Part shown: piece by piece, positions 1 to 11,245 of the stretch
Numbering within the stretch: position 1 is the stretch's first letter
Layout of the letters: each line of letters opens with the position of its first letter
From: Vitrella brassicaformis CCMP3155
Lineage: Eukaryota > Protista > Chromerida
NCBI GenBank assembly: GCA_001179505.1
Contig: CDMY01000447.1
Coordinates: forward strand, 1-64,000
Reading direction: 5' to 3'
Length of the DNA stretch: 64,000 bases
The notes under the pieces: model-generated
What the model saw: the letters and a program-made list of their open reading frames with translations, nothing else
What the model was told of the DNA's origin: nothing
The model's database searches: none
Position numbers and translations under genes: made by a program

Positions 1-258
1 GGTTTGCGGGACTGGGGTGTGCTGATGGGGCGGGGATTGATCCCTCCTCCCCTTGAGCCTGTTTGAGTCTGCGTGCTGATGGGACTGTATTTGTATGAGT
101 ATCACGGACACACAGACGAGTGTTACGGTTAATGACAGTTTCCCCCCCTTGCATTCCATTGCGAGCTAAATCGATCCTAACGGCTGAAGAAACCCTCCGA
201 CGCCCTATCCAACCGTCGATGCATGTGACGTCCATGCCCTCGTGAACCCAGTCAGCGC

Positions 259-2777
259 ATGGGAGCCAGCGGCTCGAAGACCTCTCGACGAGTCAAAGGA
301 GGAGGGAAGAGAGTCGCCTCCGAACTGTGCCCCGGTCCATGGCCGCGCAGGAAATCATCCAGCAAGCAGGCGGCCAAAGGACACAGCAAGGGAGGTCGAC
401 GCAGGAGCCGCTCCACTGATCCTGACAAGCCGTCCTCGGAGCGGAACAAGGGCCACTCCCCCCCGTCTGCCTCCACGGGCAGCCCCTTGCCCCGAGCCGA
501 CGATGACATCTCGCCCTCTTCCGCATCCAACCAGGCCGCCCCGACAAGCATGCCCGTCACGAGTACGGGGGAGCCCCCCGCATCCCAATCAGACGGCGGC
601 GGCACGGATGAAGGGCCAGGCCCTGAGCCGGTGCTCACGACCCCTCCCCTCTACCCCCTCACGCCCCGCGCCGCCAAGTCGCCGTCCAACACGATGATCC
701 GGCTGGAGTACAGAGACCTGCTCAAAGACCTGCGGGGCACTTTCAGCGAGCTGAAGCGGCAGTGCGGCGAATGGTGGTTCCGTCTCAAGGAGGAGCTGGA
801 CCTGCAGACGGCCGTTTGGCAGAGTGAGGGAGGGGAGGGCGACGGCAAGGAGGGGAGGGAGACCATCCAGAAGGTCATCATCGAGGCGGCGCAGAGCGGC
901 GCCATGTACCAGCTGCTGACTGCGCTGGAGGAGGGCAGGGACAAGGGTGTCGACATCATGGGCTCCCTCAGGGAGACGGCCGAGGCGCTCTCGCGCACGG
1001 AGGAGTCGCTGGTGGTGCACCAGGAGCTGCTCATGGCCATTGCACAAGCTGATCGGGTGCAGCTCGATATGTGGATCGAACACGCAGCGGCTATCAACAT
1101 GAAGGTGAGCGACAATCCCTCCCTCTATGGACGCCACATACACAGCACATGCGCAATATCGAACCTCTCTTTGTCCGTGGTGTCTTGCAGCTGGACCCTC
1201 GGGTGTTCGATCTCGCCGATCGCCTTCACGCCGAGGAGACCGAAGCGCTCAACCGCCTGGACAACAGGCAGAAAGAGGTGCGAGCGCAAGAGAAGCTCAC
1301 CTTCGCCGTCGAAACGCGCGACCCAGAGATCCTGATGTCGGCCATCGGCGACGCCATCGCGTGTGAGCTGGACGTCAAGGACGCCGAGAAGGTGCTGCAG
1401 GAGGTCATCGAGGAGCTGCAGAAGATCCGCGAGATACGCAGGAAGCACCAGCAGAGCCGACCCCGAGCCTCCCGCCCATCGTTGAGCGAGGGGCAGCGGA
1501 AGCAGCCCCCTGCCGCCCCCACTGCTGCTTCTACGGCTGCTGCTGGTGGTGGTGGACCTGCGGGACCCACCGCGCCTCCCCCTCTCAGACCCACACAGCC
1601 AGCAGGGAGGGGGGACTCGGCTGGCGAAGGTGAGGCTCCATTCAACTGGCAGAAGCGGCCGACGTCATACGCCTTCAACCGTGCTGCCACAGCCGATGGC
1701 GGATGGGTACACAATGTGCGAGCGTCCACCAACCAGCAGAGGCAGGACAGGCCGAGAGAACAACCTCAAAGGGAGACCAGCAGGCCGCCCCCGTCCAAGC
1801 CACAGCAGCAGGCAGCCAAGGCAAAGGGCGGTGGTCGGGGCGGCGGCCAGAAGGAGAGGTGGTTCACCGAGCCAAGGGAATGGGAACAGGAGGCGCAGCG
1901 TCGCTTCAGAACCCCCCCGCCACGACCGCGTGCGCCCCCACCGATCCACCGTGCCGCATCGGCCGAGGAAATCTCCCCCACCCGTCGCTTCTACGACTCG
2001 GAGACCACATCGTCGGACCTCTCATCGGATTTGCCCAGCCGCCGGAGGCAGCGCGGCCCTCAGCGCAGCCGCCGCCCACGGGACACGAGCAGCTCCAGCG
2101 GTGCCAGCCATCGGGCGGCGAGGAAGCCCTACCCACAGACCAAGAAACCCAACTACTACACGTCACCGGCCTACCAGAACCAGCAGAGGGGCCAGGGGCT
2201 GCCGAAAGGCAGGGGGCCCTCCATGGCTGGTGGTGGAACAGGTGGTGGTGGAGGTGGGAGGGGGAGGGGGCCGTCGGGAGGAGCGCCTTCTGCGTCAGCG
2301 AGGGCTGGGAGTGGCAGTGCTGCCAGGGGGCGGGAGCATGTGCCTGGCCGAGGGGGCTCGAGGCCGACTCACCCCTCGCAGCCATCATCACAGCAGTCAC
2401 ACAGGTGGGTGGGACAAAGCAAGAGGAGAGCGAGTGGGACGTTGACCGGATGCCTTTGGGGGTACTGTGTATGCAGGCAGGGAGCCGTTGCGGCGAAGAG
2501 GCAGTGGGCCCTGCCTGTTGAGCATCTGAGAGTGCTGGACCTGCCAACCACGGCAATACCATCGCAGGCCCAACTAAAGGTGCTAAGTGGCGTGACACAG
2601 AGCACCTGCCCAACACTGCAGCGACGTGCGTACGTCTCGCAGGCTGCGTATCGTCAGGCGGCGTTGCGGTGGCATCCCGACCGTCGGCAGAACCACACAC
2701 AGCAGGACAAGGCCACCGACATGTTCCAGAAGGTGCGGGAGGCATTTGACATGCTCATGCCCATGGCCAGCCCCTGA
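259..2777 (+). CDS. J-domain (DnaJ type III-like) protein with N-terminal myristoylation-like motif, coiled-coil region, long disordered R/G/P-rich linker and C-terminal J domain; 3 exons (259-1104, 1191-2404, 2477-2777)
   Basis: C-terminus reads AYRQAALRWHPDRRQNHTQQDKATDMFQKVREAFDML (HPD motif). Starts MGASGS. GT-AG intron 1105-1190 (AAG|gtgagc ... ttgcag|CTG) joins ORF 259..1335 to ORF 1071..2777 in frame. Intron 2405-2476 (72 nt) is frame-neutral and therefore less certain. Confidence 0.85.
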
Positions 2778-3469
2778 ACAGCCAGGCCCACAAAGAGAGA
2801 GAGAGGTTCGCCGGTTTTCTTTTCCCGTCTCGCATGTTGCTGCGAACGAAGTGACTGCCTACCTACCCACACAGATGGACGCACGAACAACATTTGCTTG
2901 TGAGCCCTTTTTCGGACAGACAGACAGACAGGTATTTTGCAAAAGTAACGCTGTGTGTCGGTTAGATCGACTGACTGACCGGCGTGTGGTGCAGATAAAG
3001 GGAGCGAGGGAGGGGAGGAGGCAGGGGGTATGCATACCCACATGTATGTATTGGTTTGGCCAACCGGAGGCAGTCCAGTCCAGCCAGTTGCTGTGTGGGA
3101 AAGGGTGCATAGAAACACTGAGGGATGGTTGATGGATGGTATTTGGAATGCGACTGGGCTCTTGCTCTCTATCTACCTAGTCTATTCTGGTGTCTTCCAG
3201 GCCTTGCTGTATCTATCTATCTTATCTGTCTGGCTGTTCGTGTGGGGCGGTGGCAGGCAGGCAGGCATCAGGTGTTGGGGCTGGGGTCGGGGCGGACCAT
3301 GGCAGCTTTCTGCTCAACTCGTGTGTTGATTGCTTGAATCCGAAGAACATTTCTGACACATTGGGTCATCAATCAAACGGCCGAGTCTCTCTCGTTGATT
3401 GCATCCATCACACCCAACAGACCCACCGATAGTACACGTCAGTCAGTCAACCATCTGCCCCAGCCTCCC

Positions 3470-4081
3470 TCACTGCACAGCGGCATGGAGCCTCATGGCG
3501 GACTCCAAGTCCAGCGCCCCATCTGGGCGGCCCTCGGTGACCTCGGGCGTCAAGTCACAGCTCACGTAGATGGGCTCGCCAAAACGGCTCACTGAAGGAC
3601 AAACACACAAACACAGCGGCAAAAATGTGTGAGGCGTGAGTGGCTGTGAACGGGAGTGTACATGTGTGTGCGGACCGAGGAACTTGGCGACCAGCTCGCC
3701 ATAGGCCCCATGACGCATGTACTGGTGCAGCTGCCGACCCGTTCAGACGAACTGCGGCTCCCATTCACAGCACTCTCCTGCGCCACCCCACGTCAAGCCA
3801 CACAGACAGAGCAAACAGAGGAAGAGGGTTCATAAATCGTTGCTGCATTCATTCGTCCCTCCCGTACCTGTGTGGGCAGGTGTGAGGGGAATGCGACGTG
3901 CATGCTCTCGAGGACATGATTCGGCACGGTGTCGCCCACCCACAGGAACACGCTGCTTGACAGCCGAATGCCCAGGAAGGCCACGGGACGGTCGAGGATC
4001 TTCTTGGAACCACGATAGATGAGCTGGCAGCGGCGACGAGTCGGATGAGCTGGCAGCGGCGGCGCTTGTCGACGATTCCAT
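3470..4081 (-). pseudogene. PSMG4: Proteasome assembly chaperone 4 (PAC4/PSMG4)-like gene with two apparent frameshifts; exons 4081-3868, 3777-3676, 3591-3470 (a further 3' exon is possible)
   Basis: Spliced pieces read KKILDRPVAFLGIRLSSSVFLWVGDTVPNHVLESMHVAFPSHLPTQ / ESAVNGSRSSSERVGSCTSTCVMG / AYGELVAKFLVSRFGEPIYVSCDL. These match the PAC4 hallmarks FLWVG, STxxxG and GLAQRL...VFVSYNL recalled from human PSMG4. The ATG at 4081 is out of frame with the FLWVG segment (shift near 4000-4007). A second shift lies at the CCCC run, 3706-3709. Confidence 0.72.
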
Positions 4082-4331
4082 ATCGTGCACTGCAGAATCT
4101 GATGGAGCTCAGCGGCGCAAAGATCTCGTCTTTTCAGCTCAAAGATCTGATCGTTGTGATGATCTGCGGTACTTGCAGGGCGTAGATGCTTGGATGGGTT
4201 GAGATCTCAGCGCGAGCTGAGAGCGCAAGCTGAGCTCGCAAAGGGAGAGAGGGAGGGCGGAAGGGGCAGAACGCGTCGCGTTACGGCCGCCTAGAGCCCG
4301 GCTCCGTCATTGCTGCTCAGAAGGACTCACA
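4082..4331. promoter_or_regulatory. Probable bidirectional promoter/5'UTR spacer between the PAC4-like gene (-) and the TMD0-PX gene (+)
   Basis: Divergent ATGs at 4081 and 4332, 250 bp apart. No microsatellites. Three AGATCT hexamers (4121, 4143, 4202). Confidence 0.45.
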
Positions 4332-7300
4332 ATGAACAGACCTGTTGAGGGCTGGTGCGGCCCGAATGGGCTGGTAAGATGGCGTGGCTGCAGGACCATC
4401 ACGCTCCACCAGAAGCACAACGATGGCGTGTTTGTGTCTTTTCTTGTCAGATCTCCCATGGATATGTCACCGACTGCTTTATCGAAAGGTCAGCCGCATG
4501 ACTGACTGATGGCAGGCACGGCAGTGAAGGAGAGGCAATCAGGCGGGCAAGGAATGTGAGTGTATCTCCGCTGTGTGTCGGTGTCGGTATCGCTGCAGCT
4601 GCATCGCGTTGTGGTATTTGTTGAGTCTGGTACTGTTTGTGGTTCGGTGGTTTGAGCTGCACACATCAGCCATCTCCAGCCCGCCAGACAGGTACGCACC
4701 CGAGGCAGTCGGTCAGCCAGCTGAGCTGCCTGTGCGCGCGTGGATCAAGTCAAGTTGGTGGATGGATGCATCGGCAGGTCGCCGGTCCACGTGGCCAAGA
4801 AGACCTTCTGCGGGCTCATGTGCGGCCTCTCTGCGGTAAGTATGTGCGGTGGGATGTGGCCGGCCGGCCGGCACGTGACGTGTATGTGCTGCCCTGGCTT
4901 TGTGTGTTTTGTGTGTATAGGTGTTGGCCCTGCTGTCGTGGTTCAAGCCGGCCTCCCCACCATATATCCAATTCTCCTGGACACTCCACCTCGTCCTATG
5001 GGTGGGGGCAGACAGACAGACAGACAGACAGGAATGCATGCGTGTGTCTGTTCTGTGCACTTGTCTCTACCTCTGTGTGCTGTCAGGGTTTTTCCTTGGT
5101 GCTCTGCACAATGGAGTATCAGCGGTTCCTGCCGCAGTCGTGGCTGGGGCTGCGCGGATTCTGGCTGGTGGGCGGGGTGGAGGGCATCTGGCGGGCGGGC
5201 ATCTTCGTCCTGGCCTTCACCGTCGGCCTCATGCCGCCCGGCTGGGCCATCCCGCGGGCATCCGACCCCTTCCCGGAGCTGCCCGTCAGGTCGTCACTCT
5301 TCCTCTGGACGGCCTGCATCATCCTCCTCACATCCATCTGCGAGGTACGTGGGGTGGGGCTGGGCGGAGTGTGGGTGGGTAGGTGAGGATGGATCATCAA
5401 TCGACGTGATCTGTCTGTCTGTCCGCCTGGCTCTCTACAGATAGTGCTGGCGTGTCTGTCCTTCTACCAGCCTGCGGACATCCCTTTGGCCCTGCTGCCC
5501 CTCATCACACGACTCAACCGCGGCGAACCCACCGTCCTGCTGCCAAGAGTGCCCGACCTGCTCGACCGAGTCACCGTCGACCACCCAGGGGCAGTGCGAT
5601 ACGGCGGTGCTGACCAGACATCGTTGCCGCCGCAAGCTGTGGATGTCTTTGCTAAGGGGGATGCTGAGGGTGTTTTTGGTGGTGGTTGTGGTGGTGGTGG
5701 AGGTGGTGGTGGAGGTGGCAGTGGCGGCGAGAGGTTGCCGCTAAAGCTGCATGTGGCCCTGTCGAATGTGGTGCTGCAGACGGACCCGGTGCAGCATCGA
5801 ATACATGCCGAGTGAGTGAATGGTGGGCGGGGGAGGAGACGGGGCATTGGCATAGGTGTATGTGTGTTTGGTTGGTGGTGGTTGGTGTAGGTACAAGATG
5901 CTGCTTCGACTGGAGGGCGAGCAGCGGCCGAGAGTGTCCTTCAAACGGTCAGCCAAGCACACACACGCATGGACAGAAGGAGCAGAGCTGATTGTTGCGT
6001 CTGTCTGTGTCCATGTGTGTGTATGTTGTGTAGGTATGCTGACTTCGCGGCGTTGAACAGCGTGTTCCAGTCGCAGTTCAACCGCGACCGCTACCCCGAG
6101 CTGTACGCCAGACTGCCGCACCTGCCGCCAAAGGAACCTTTCAGACAGGTAGGCCCACGCCTTCCGCATTCCGTTGGGTTTGATCTGGTCATATCATATG
6201 TGTGTGTGTGTGTCCCTGTCTGTGCTGTGCAGGAAACACTGAGCCCGGCATTTCTCGACCAGCGGCGACGAGGGCTCGAGGCGTACATTCGGGTGAAAGC
6301 GGGAGAGAAACCAGCTGTGCACCATTGTCTGTGAGTGAATGGGGTCGTTTCTTAATTTGTATGTTTGTTCAGGTGATAGTGCAGCAGGAGGCCTTCTGGC
6401 TGCCGGAGCTGCTCAACTTCCTGGGGCTCAGTGTCATCGAGCAGCGGCCATTCACCGAAGCGCACAAGGAGGCCATCAAACGGTCAGCAAGCCACTCCAC
6501 TCAGCCAGCACCACACCAACACACACACATACACACACGTGCTGCAGGTTTGAGCCCGACAACCCCCTTCGGCTGCGGAAGCCCTCTGACGAGACCTACT
6601 CAGAGGCTGCGTCAATCGACGTGGCCCAGGACGATATCCCATCGCCACTCGAGAGAGAGAGGGAGGGCAGTCCCCCCCGCCACACAGCAGCAGCAGCGGC
6701 ACCATCGGCTGCTGCTGCAGCAGCGGCCGAGGAGCAGATGCTGATGCAGCCCGACCAACAAATCGTCTTGACGTCCTCTGCGCAGCTGTCGTCGTCTGCG
6801 TACTCCCATGCACACGAGGGAGAGAAGGGCGGCGTGGGTGTGGGTGTTGGTGGGGGAGTGGGTGTGGGTTACAGTGTGGAGGGGCCTGGCGGGCCGATTC
6901 CTGTGCGTGTGAGCATCGACCGCTACAAGCTGGTGCAGGAGGGGACGCCTGGGGTGGTGCCGTATGTCATATACGAGGTGGTCACGAGCACCATGCACCG
7001 GACATCCACCGTCGTCAAGAGATACCGGTGAGGTGCGAATGGGTGTGTGCGTAGCTAAGAGCAGAGGAGACACACGGGCGGCGGTGTTGTGAGATCGTCT
7101 CTCTATCTTTCTTTGTGTGTGTGTGTGTGTGTGTCTGTGTGTGTGTGCAGTGAGTTCGACATCTTGTTCAAGAAGCTGCATCGCATTTTGGAGGTGTCGC
7201 CGCCCAAGCTGCCCGGCAAGTTCTACACCATGAAGCGCGACCACTGGTTCTACGAGAAACGAAAAGCTGACCTGACCGACTGGCTCAACCAGGTCTTTCA

Positions 7301-8729
7301 GACACCCCCTCCCCTCCCCCTCGCCCCCTCCCTCTTGACACGCATCGACGCCTCTCTGTCTGTCTGTCGGTCTGTCTGTCTGTCTGTCGGTCTGTCTGTC
7401 TGTCTGTCTGTATGTGTGTTGGTGCATATCTACAGGTGGTGCAGGACGCCGCGTGTGCCTCGTGTCCTGACTTGTGGGAGTTCCTGCAGATCCCCATGAA
7501 TGAGGTCCCACGGCCAACGGCCTCCTCACCGAGCGGCGACACACACGCATGGGCGCGGAAGGCCTCGTCGGGCAGCGAGTCGATCTCTCTGCCAAGGTGG
7601 GTGGGTTGGTGGGCCTGCGGGAGGGAAGGAGGCAACGCACACAAGACACATAGGTACACAATGGGGGCTGGTGTCTGTATGTGTGTGGGGGGGGTTTGGT
7701 GTCAGTATGGCGATGGAGTCGGAGGGCGCCGCTGAAATGTCCCGCCGGGTGCAGCAGCCGGGCACTGCCGATGTGTTAGGTGAGTGGACCTCTCTCTCTG
7801 TGTGTGTGTGCGGCTGTCTGTGCGAGCATCAGCGAGGTCGTGTGAGTGTCCGTGTGATGTCTGTGTGATTGATATACTAGAGCGCACAACCACCGCCCGT
7901 CCTTCGTTCCTCACAGCTGAGCCCAAGAGCGCGCCATCGCCCCCGCTGCTTTCTCGGCCACCTGGCAGCTCTACAGAGCCAGTGCAGGAGTGGCACGTAA
8001 GGCTTATGTGATGGAGGGATGGATGGGATGCATGGGCACCCACACCGACAGTGGTCATGTTGGCTGTGTGGTGTGTGATGGTGTGCAGGTGCGTTGCCGG
8101 ATGTGGCAGACGGTGACGGTGCATCAGGAGAAGGACACTGCGTACGCCCTGCAGCTGTACCGGTGCAAGCCCACCGGCGTCAAGACATGGGCCATCGAGC
8201 GACCCTACAGACGATTCGAGGTCGGTTCGCCCGTCTGTTTGTCTGTCTGTGTGTCTATGGTGTGTGTGGTGCGTGTGTGGTGTGGTGTGTATGTCAGGAG
8301 TTGCACTGGGAGCTGGCCAAGAAGTTCTCGTCCCCGGCCACGGGCATGTCCCTCCTGCCGCCCTTCCCACAGAGGGGCTTCACCCTACTCGCCACACGAG
8401 CAGCACGTAAGCCAAGCCAAGCACTCCTTCCCTCCCCCCCCACACACACCCTCTCTGCCCATCCCATGTGCACCACAGAGGACCGAGAGAAGGAGGAGCG
8501 GGGCCGTCGTCTGGAGGCGTATCTGACGGCCATCCTCCAGTCGTACGAGACGTTCAAGTGTCCCGCACTGGACCTGTTCCTGGCGGAGCCGATGCAGCAC
8601 GCCACCGTGGCCGAGGGGAACGAGCAGCAGGAGGCCGGGGTGAGCAGCTTCGCCATGACGGAGGAGCAGCAGCAGCAGCAGCAGACAGGGGAGGGTGAGG
8701 GTGAGGGTGAGGGTGAGGGGCGGGGGTGA
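4332..8729 (+). CDS. Multi-pass membrane protein: ABCC/ABCB6 TMD0-like N-terminal domain followed by three PX (phox) domains; about 20 exons
   Basis: All junctions traced as phase-compatible GT-AG. The N-terminus has about 5 hydrophobic helices, with motifs WCG...TDCF and MEYQRFLPQSWLGLRGFWLV resembling ABCC TMD0 (FCG...TxCF; LERRKGVQSSGIMLTFWLV). PX1: YKMLL..KRYADFAAL..LPHLPPK..LDQRRRGLEAYI..LNFL (~5890-6430). PX2: YVIYEV..KRYREFDILFKKL..PKLPGK..EKRKADLTDWL..WEFL (~6900-7490). PX3: ERPYRRFEELHWEL..LPPFPQR..ERGRRLEAYL..LDLFL (~8090-8590). Confidence 0.82.
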
Positions 8730-9069
8730 TGATGCGAGCCGTAGACAGAGAGGTAGGTAGACAGAGAGTGTGGTAGGAAGACTCTAGTTGGTGGATGGGA
8801 TATATGGGCTTTGTGGTGAGGGAGGGGAGGTGGATGTCTGCCTGTCTGCCTGTTTTTCGTGCGTGTGTCTATGCTATGGGCCGAGGTTGTGTGTGCCATG
8901 CCATGCCGTTGGTTGGTGTGTGTATCTGTGGACACGAAGAACAAACGGAAGGAAAGCAGCTTAGCTTCACCGTCAAGAACGCATACGTACGTGTACACAG
9001 AAAGGGTTCGTCGGTGAGTGACAACATGGACACATCACATCAATGCATCGTACGCACGTCATGTCTGCA

Positions 9070-10924
9070 TCATGTGCATTGCATACGGTAGCTACGTCTG
9101 GCCTCCCGATTCCATCCTCCATCCATCCGTCCACCACCCACCCCACCGACCAGTGTCGCAGTCGACCAACCTGCATGCAGCCTAGCTGTCCTCCAGCCTC
9201 TTCTCTTGGCCTCCCTCTCCCCACCCTCACCTGACACATTGAGGCAGACATCACAGCCATGACGCACCGAAGGAATGCATGTGTGTCGCTCTGATCTGAT
9301 TCATCCCCTGCCCCCATCTCACCCTCTTCATCCTCCTCCTGCTGCTGGCCATCGCCGTCGCCGTCGCCGTCGATGTCGCCCTCCATATCTGCACACCCAA
9401 GACACGCAAACATACAAATGGGCACACACACACACACACACGTATTCCACTCACCCTCATCGCTGTCGCCGTCATCCGCACCGTCATCATCATCCTCTGC
9501 ACACACACATACACACACACGAGTAAGACACCTAGCAAGGCGGGCTGGACACTACACAGACCACTTACCCTCACCACCATCGCCATCGTCGTCATCCGCC
9601 CCCTCCTCTGCACCACCACACACACGCCGATTCATCCCACCGACATACCGAGATGGAGGCGGCTGGCTGCACACTCACCCTCAGCGACTTTCTCTTGCTG
9701 GTTGACCACCATGTCTGCAATGGTGCTGCCCAGGGGGCCGCCCACCAGAGAGACGGTAGAGGGCCGGCGGTCCTTGAAGGCAGCCGATGCATCACCCACT
9801 GGCGGCTCGGTGGTGATGGCAGAAACACCCACTGCATTCAGCGACACAGCACACGTCAAAGGATGGCTCCATCACCAAAGGATCTCTGACCCCTTTCTTA
9901 CCCATGGTCGTGTCGGCACGGGTGATGAGAGTGACAAATGCGACGAATGGGCCATCGAAGTGCGTCAGCAGCAGAACCCGAAGCTCTTCAGGGGGATTCC
10001 TATTGTCCAACCTGTAAGCCATGACGGCGGTGCATCCGTGAGGCGGCTGGTGGGGCGACTGGGTCAGGAGGCCGTCCAGCACACCGCCGTGGGCATGCCT
10101 GAGGAGACCAACACATGACACAGAAGAGGCCCTGATGGATCGATGGATGTGTGCGCCTGAGTGAGGCGTGTCCTGCGTACCGGTCCACGTAAACCCAAGG
10201 CGTCATGCCCAAATTGGCCGCTGAAGAGTCCAGGATGACCCCCATGATGAAGGATGACGCCGACGCATCAGTGGTCTCGTCACCACCGGCCGTCCAGCTG
10301 CCCCCCTGCCGGCCGATTGTGGATCTGACGGGGGGGTTGTCGTTGATGGTGTGTGGGTGGAATGGATGGGCGGGGGGGAGGGGCGGGTCGATGCCCAGCT
10401 CGAAGCCCGGCTCGTCCTTGATGGCACGCACACCGCCGCCCGCCTGGTCGAACAGCTCAAAACGGCCGTAGTCACCGCCGAAGTTGACGTGTCGGCCGAC
10501 CATCTTCCACAGCGCAATCACACGCACATCGGCCAAATACGCCTACACAGACACCACACACAGACAGACAGACAGACAGACAGACAGACCGATGAGTGCC
10601 CCCCCCCCGCCCCACCCTCATCTGCCCACCTGTTTGCTATCGTGACGCTGCATGTCGGCCACAGCCACTGTGATGGGCAGCTGGCAGAAGCCTTTCGGCG
10701 CCGCCACCTTCAGCGCATTGGCCACCTCGGACCACTGCTGTGTGTCCACCAGCCAGATGGCCTTCAGCAGCAGAGGCCGGTCCAGCTGAGCGTCGAATGC
10801 GATGATGGTCTGCAGTCCCTTGGCCCCCAGGCAGCGATTGAGTCGGTTGCTCAGGACGGCGGCCGAGAAGTCGACTTCCAAGAGGAAACCGGCCGTGACT
10901 CTGAGGCTGCCGACCTCCGACCGG
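9070..10924 (-). CDS. Orphan multigene-family protein, copy A (5' part lost in the N gap); acidic low-complexity tail built from small exons
   Basis: Spliced frame reads EVDFSAAVLSNRLNRCLGAKGLQTIIAFDAQLDRPLLLKAIWLVDTQQW...AYLADVRVIALWKMVGRHVNFGGDYGRFELFDQAGGGVRAIKDEPGFELGIDPPLPPAHPF...HAHGGVLDGLLTQSPHQPPHGCTAV...VGVSAITTEPPVG. It is closely similar to copy B at 43639-45494, including intron positions. The 3' end is uncertain. Confidence 0.7.
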
Positions 10925-10945
10925 CTGCACACATACACAGATCCC

Positions 10946-11245
10946 NNNNNNNNNNNNNNNNNNNNNNNNNNNNNNNNNNNNNNNNNNNNNNNNNNNNNNN
11001 NNNNNNNNNNNNNNNNNNNNNNNNNNNNNNNNNNNNNNNNNNNNNNNNNNNNNNNNNNNNNNNNNNNNNNNNNNNNNNNNNNNNNNNNNNNNNNNNNNNN
11101 NNNNNNNNNNNNNNNNNNNNNNNNNNNNNNNNNNNNNNNNNNNNNNNNNNNNNNNNNNNNNNNNNNNNNNNNNNNNNNNNNNNNNNNNNNNNNNNNNNNN
11201 NNNNNNNNNNNNNNNNNNNNNNNNNNNNNNNNNNNNNNNNNNNNN
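10946..11245. other. Assembly gap (300 N)
   Basis: Run of N, followed by a poly-C tract. Confidence 0.99.

Noticed and set aside
9181-9190. Helitron-like CTAG terminus at the shared 3' boundary of orphan copies A and B
   Set aside because: Similarity does stop near CTAG on the minus strand, but the next base is not the T expected at a Helitron target, no subterminal hairpin is evident, and the boundary falls within probable coding sequence.
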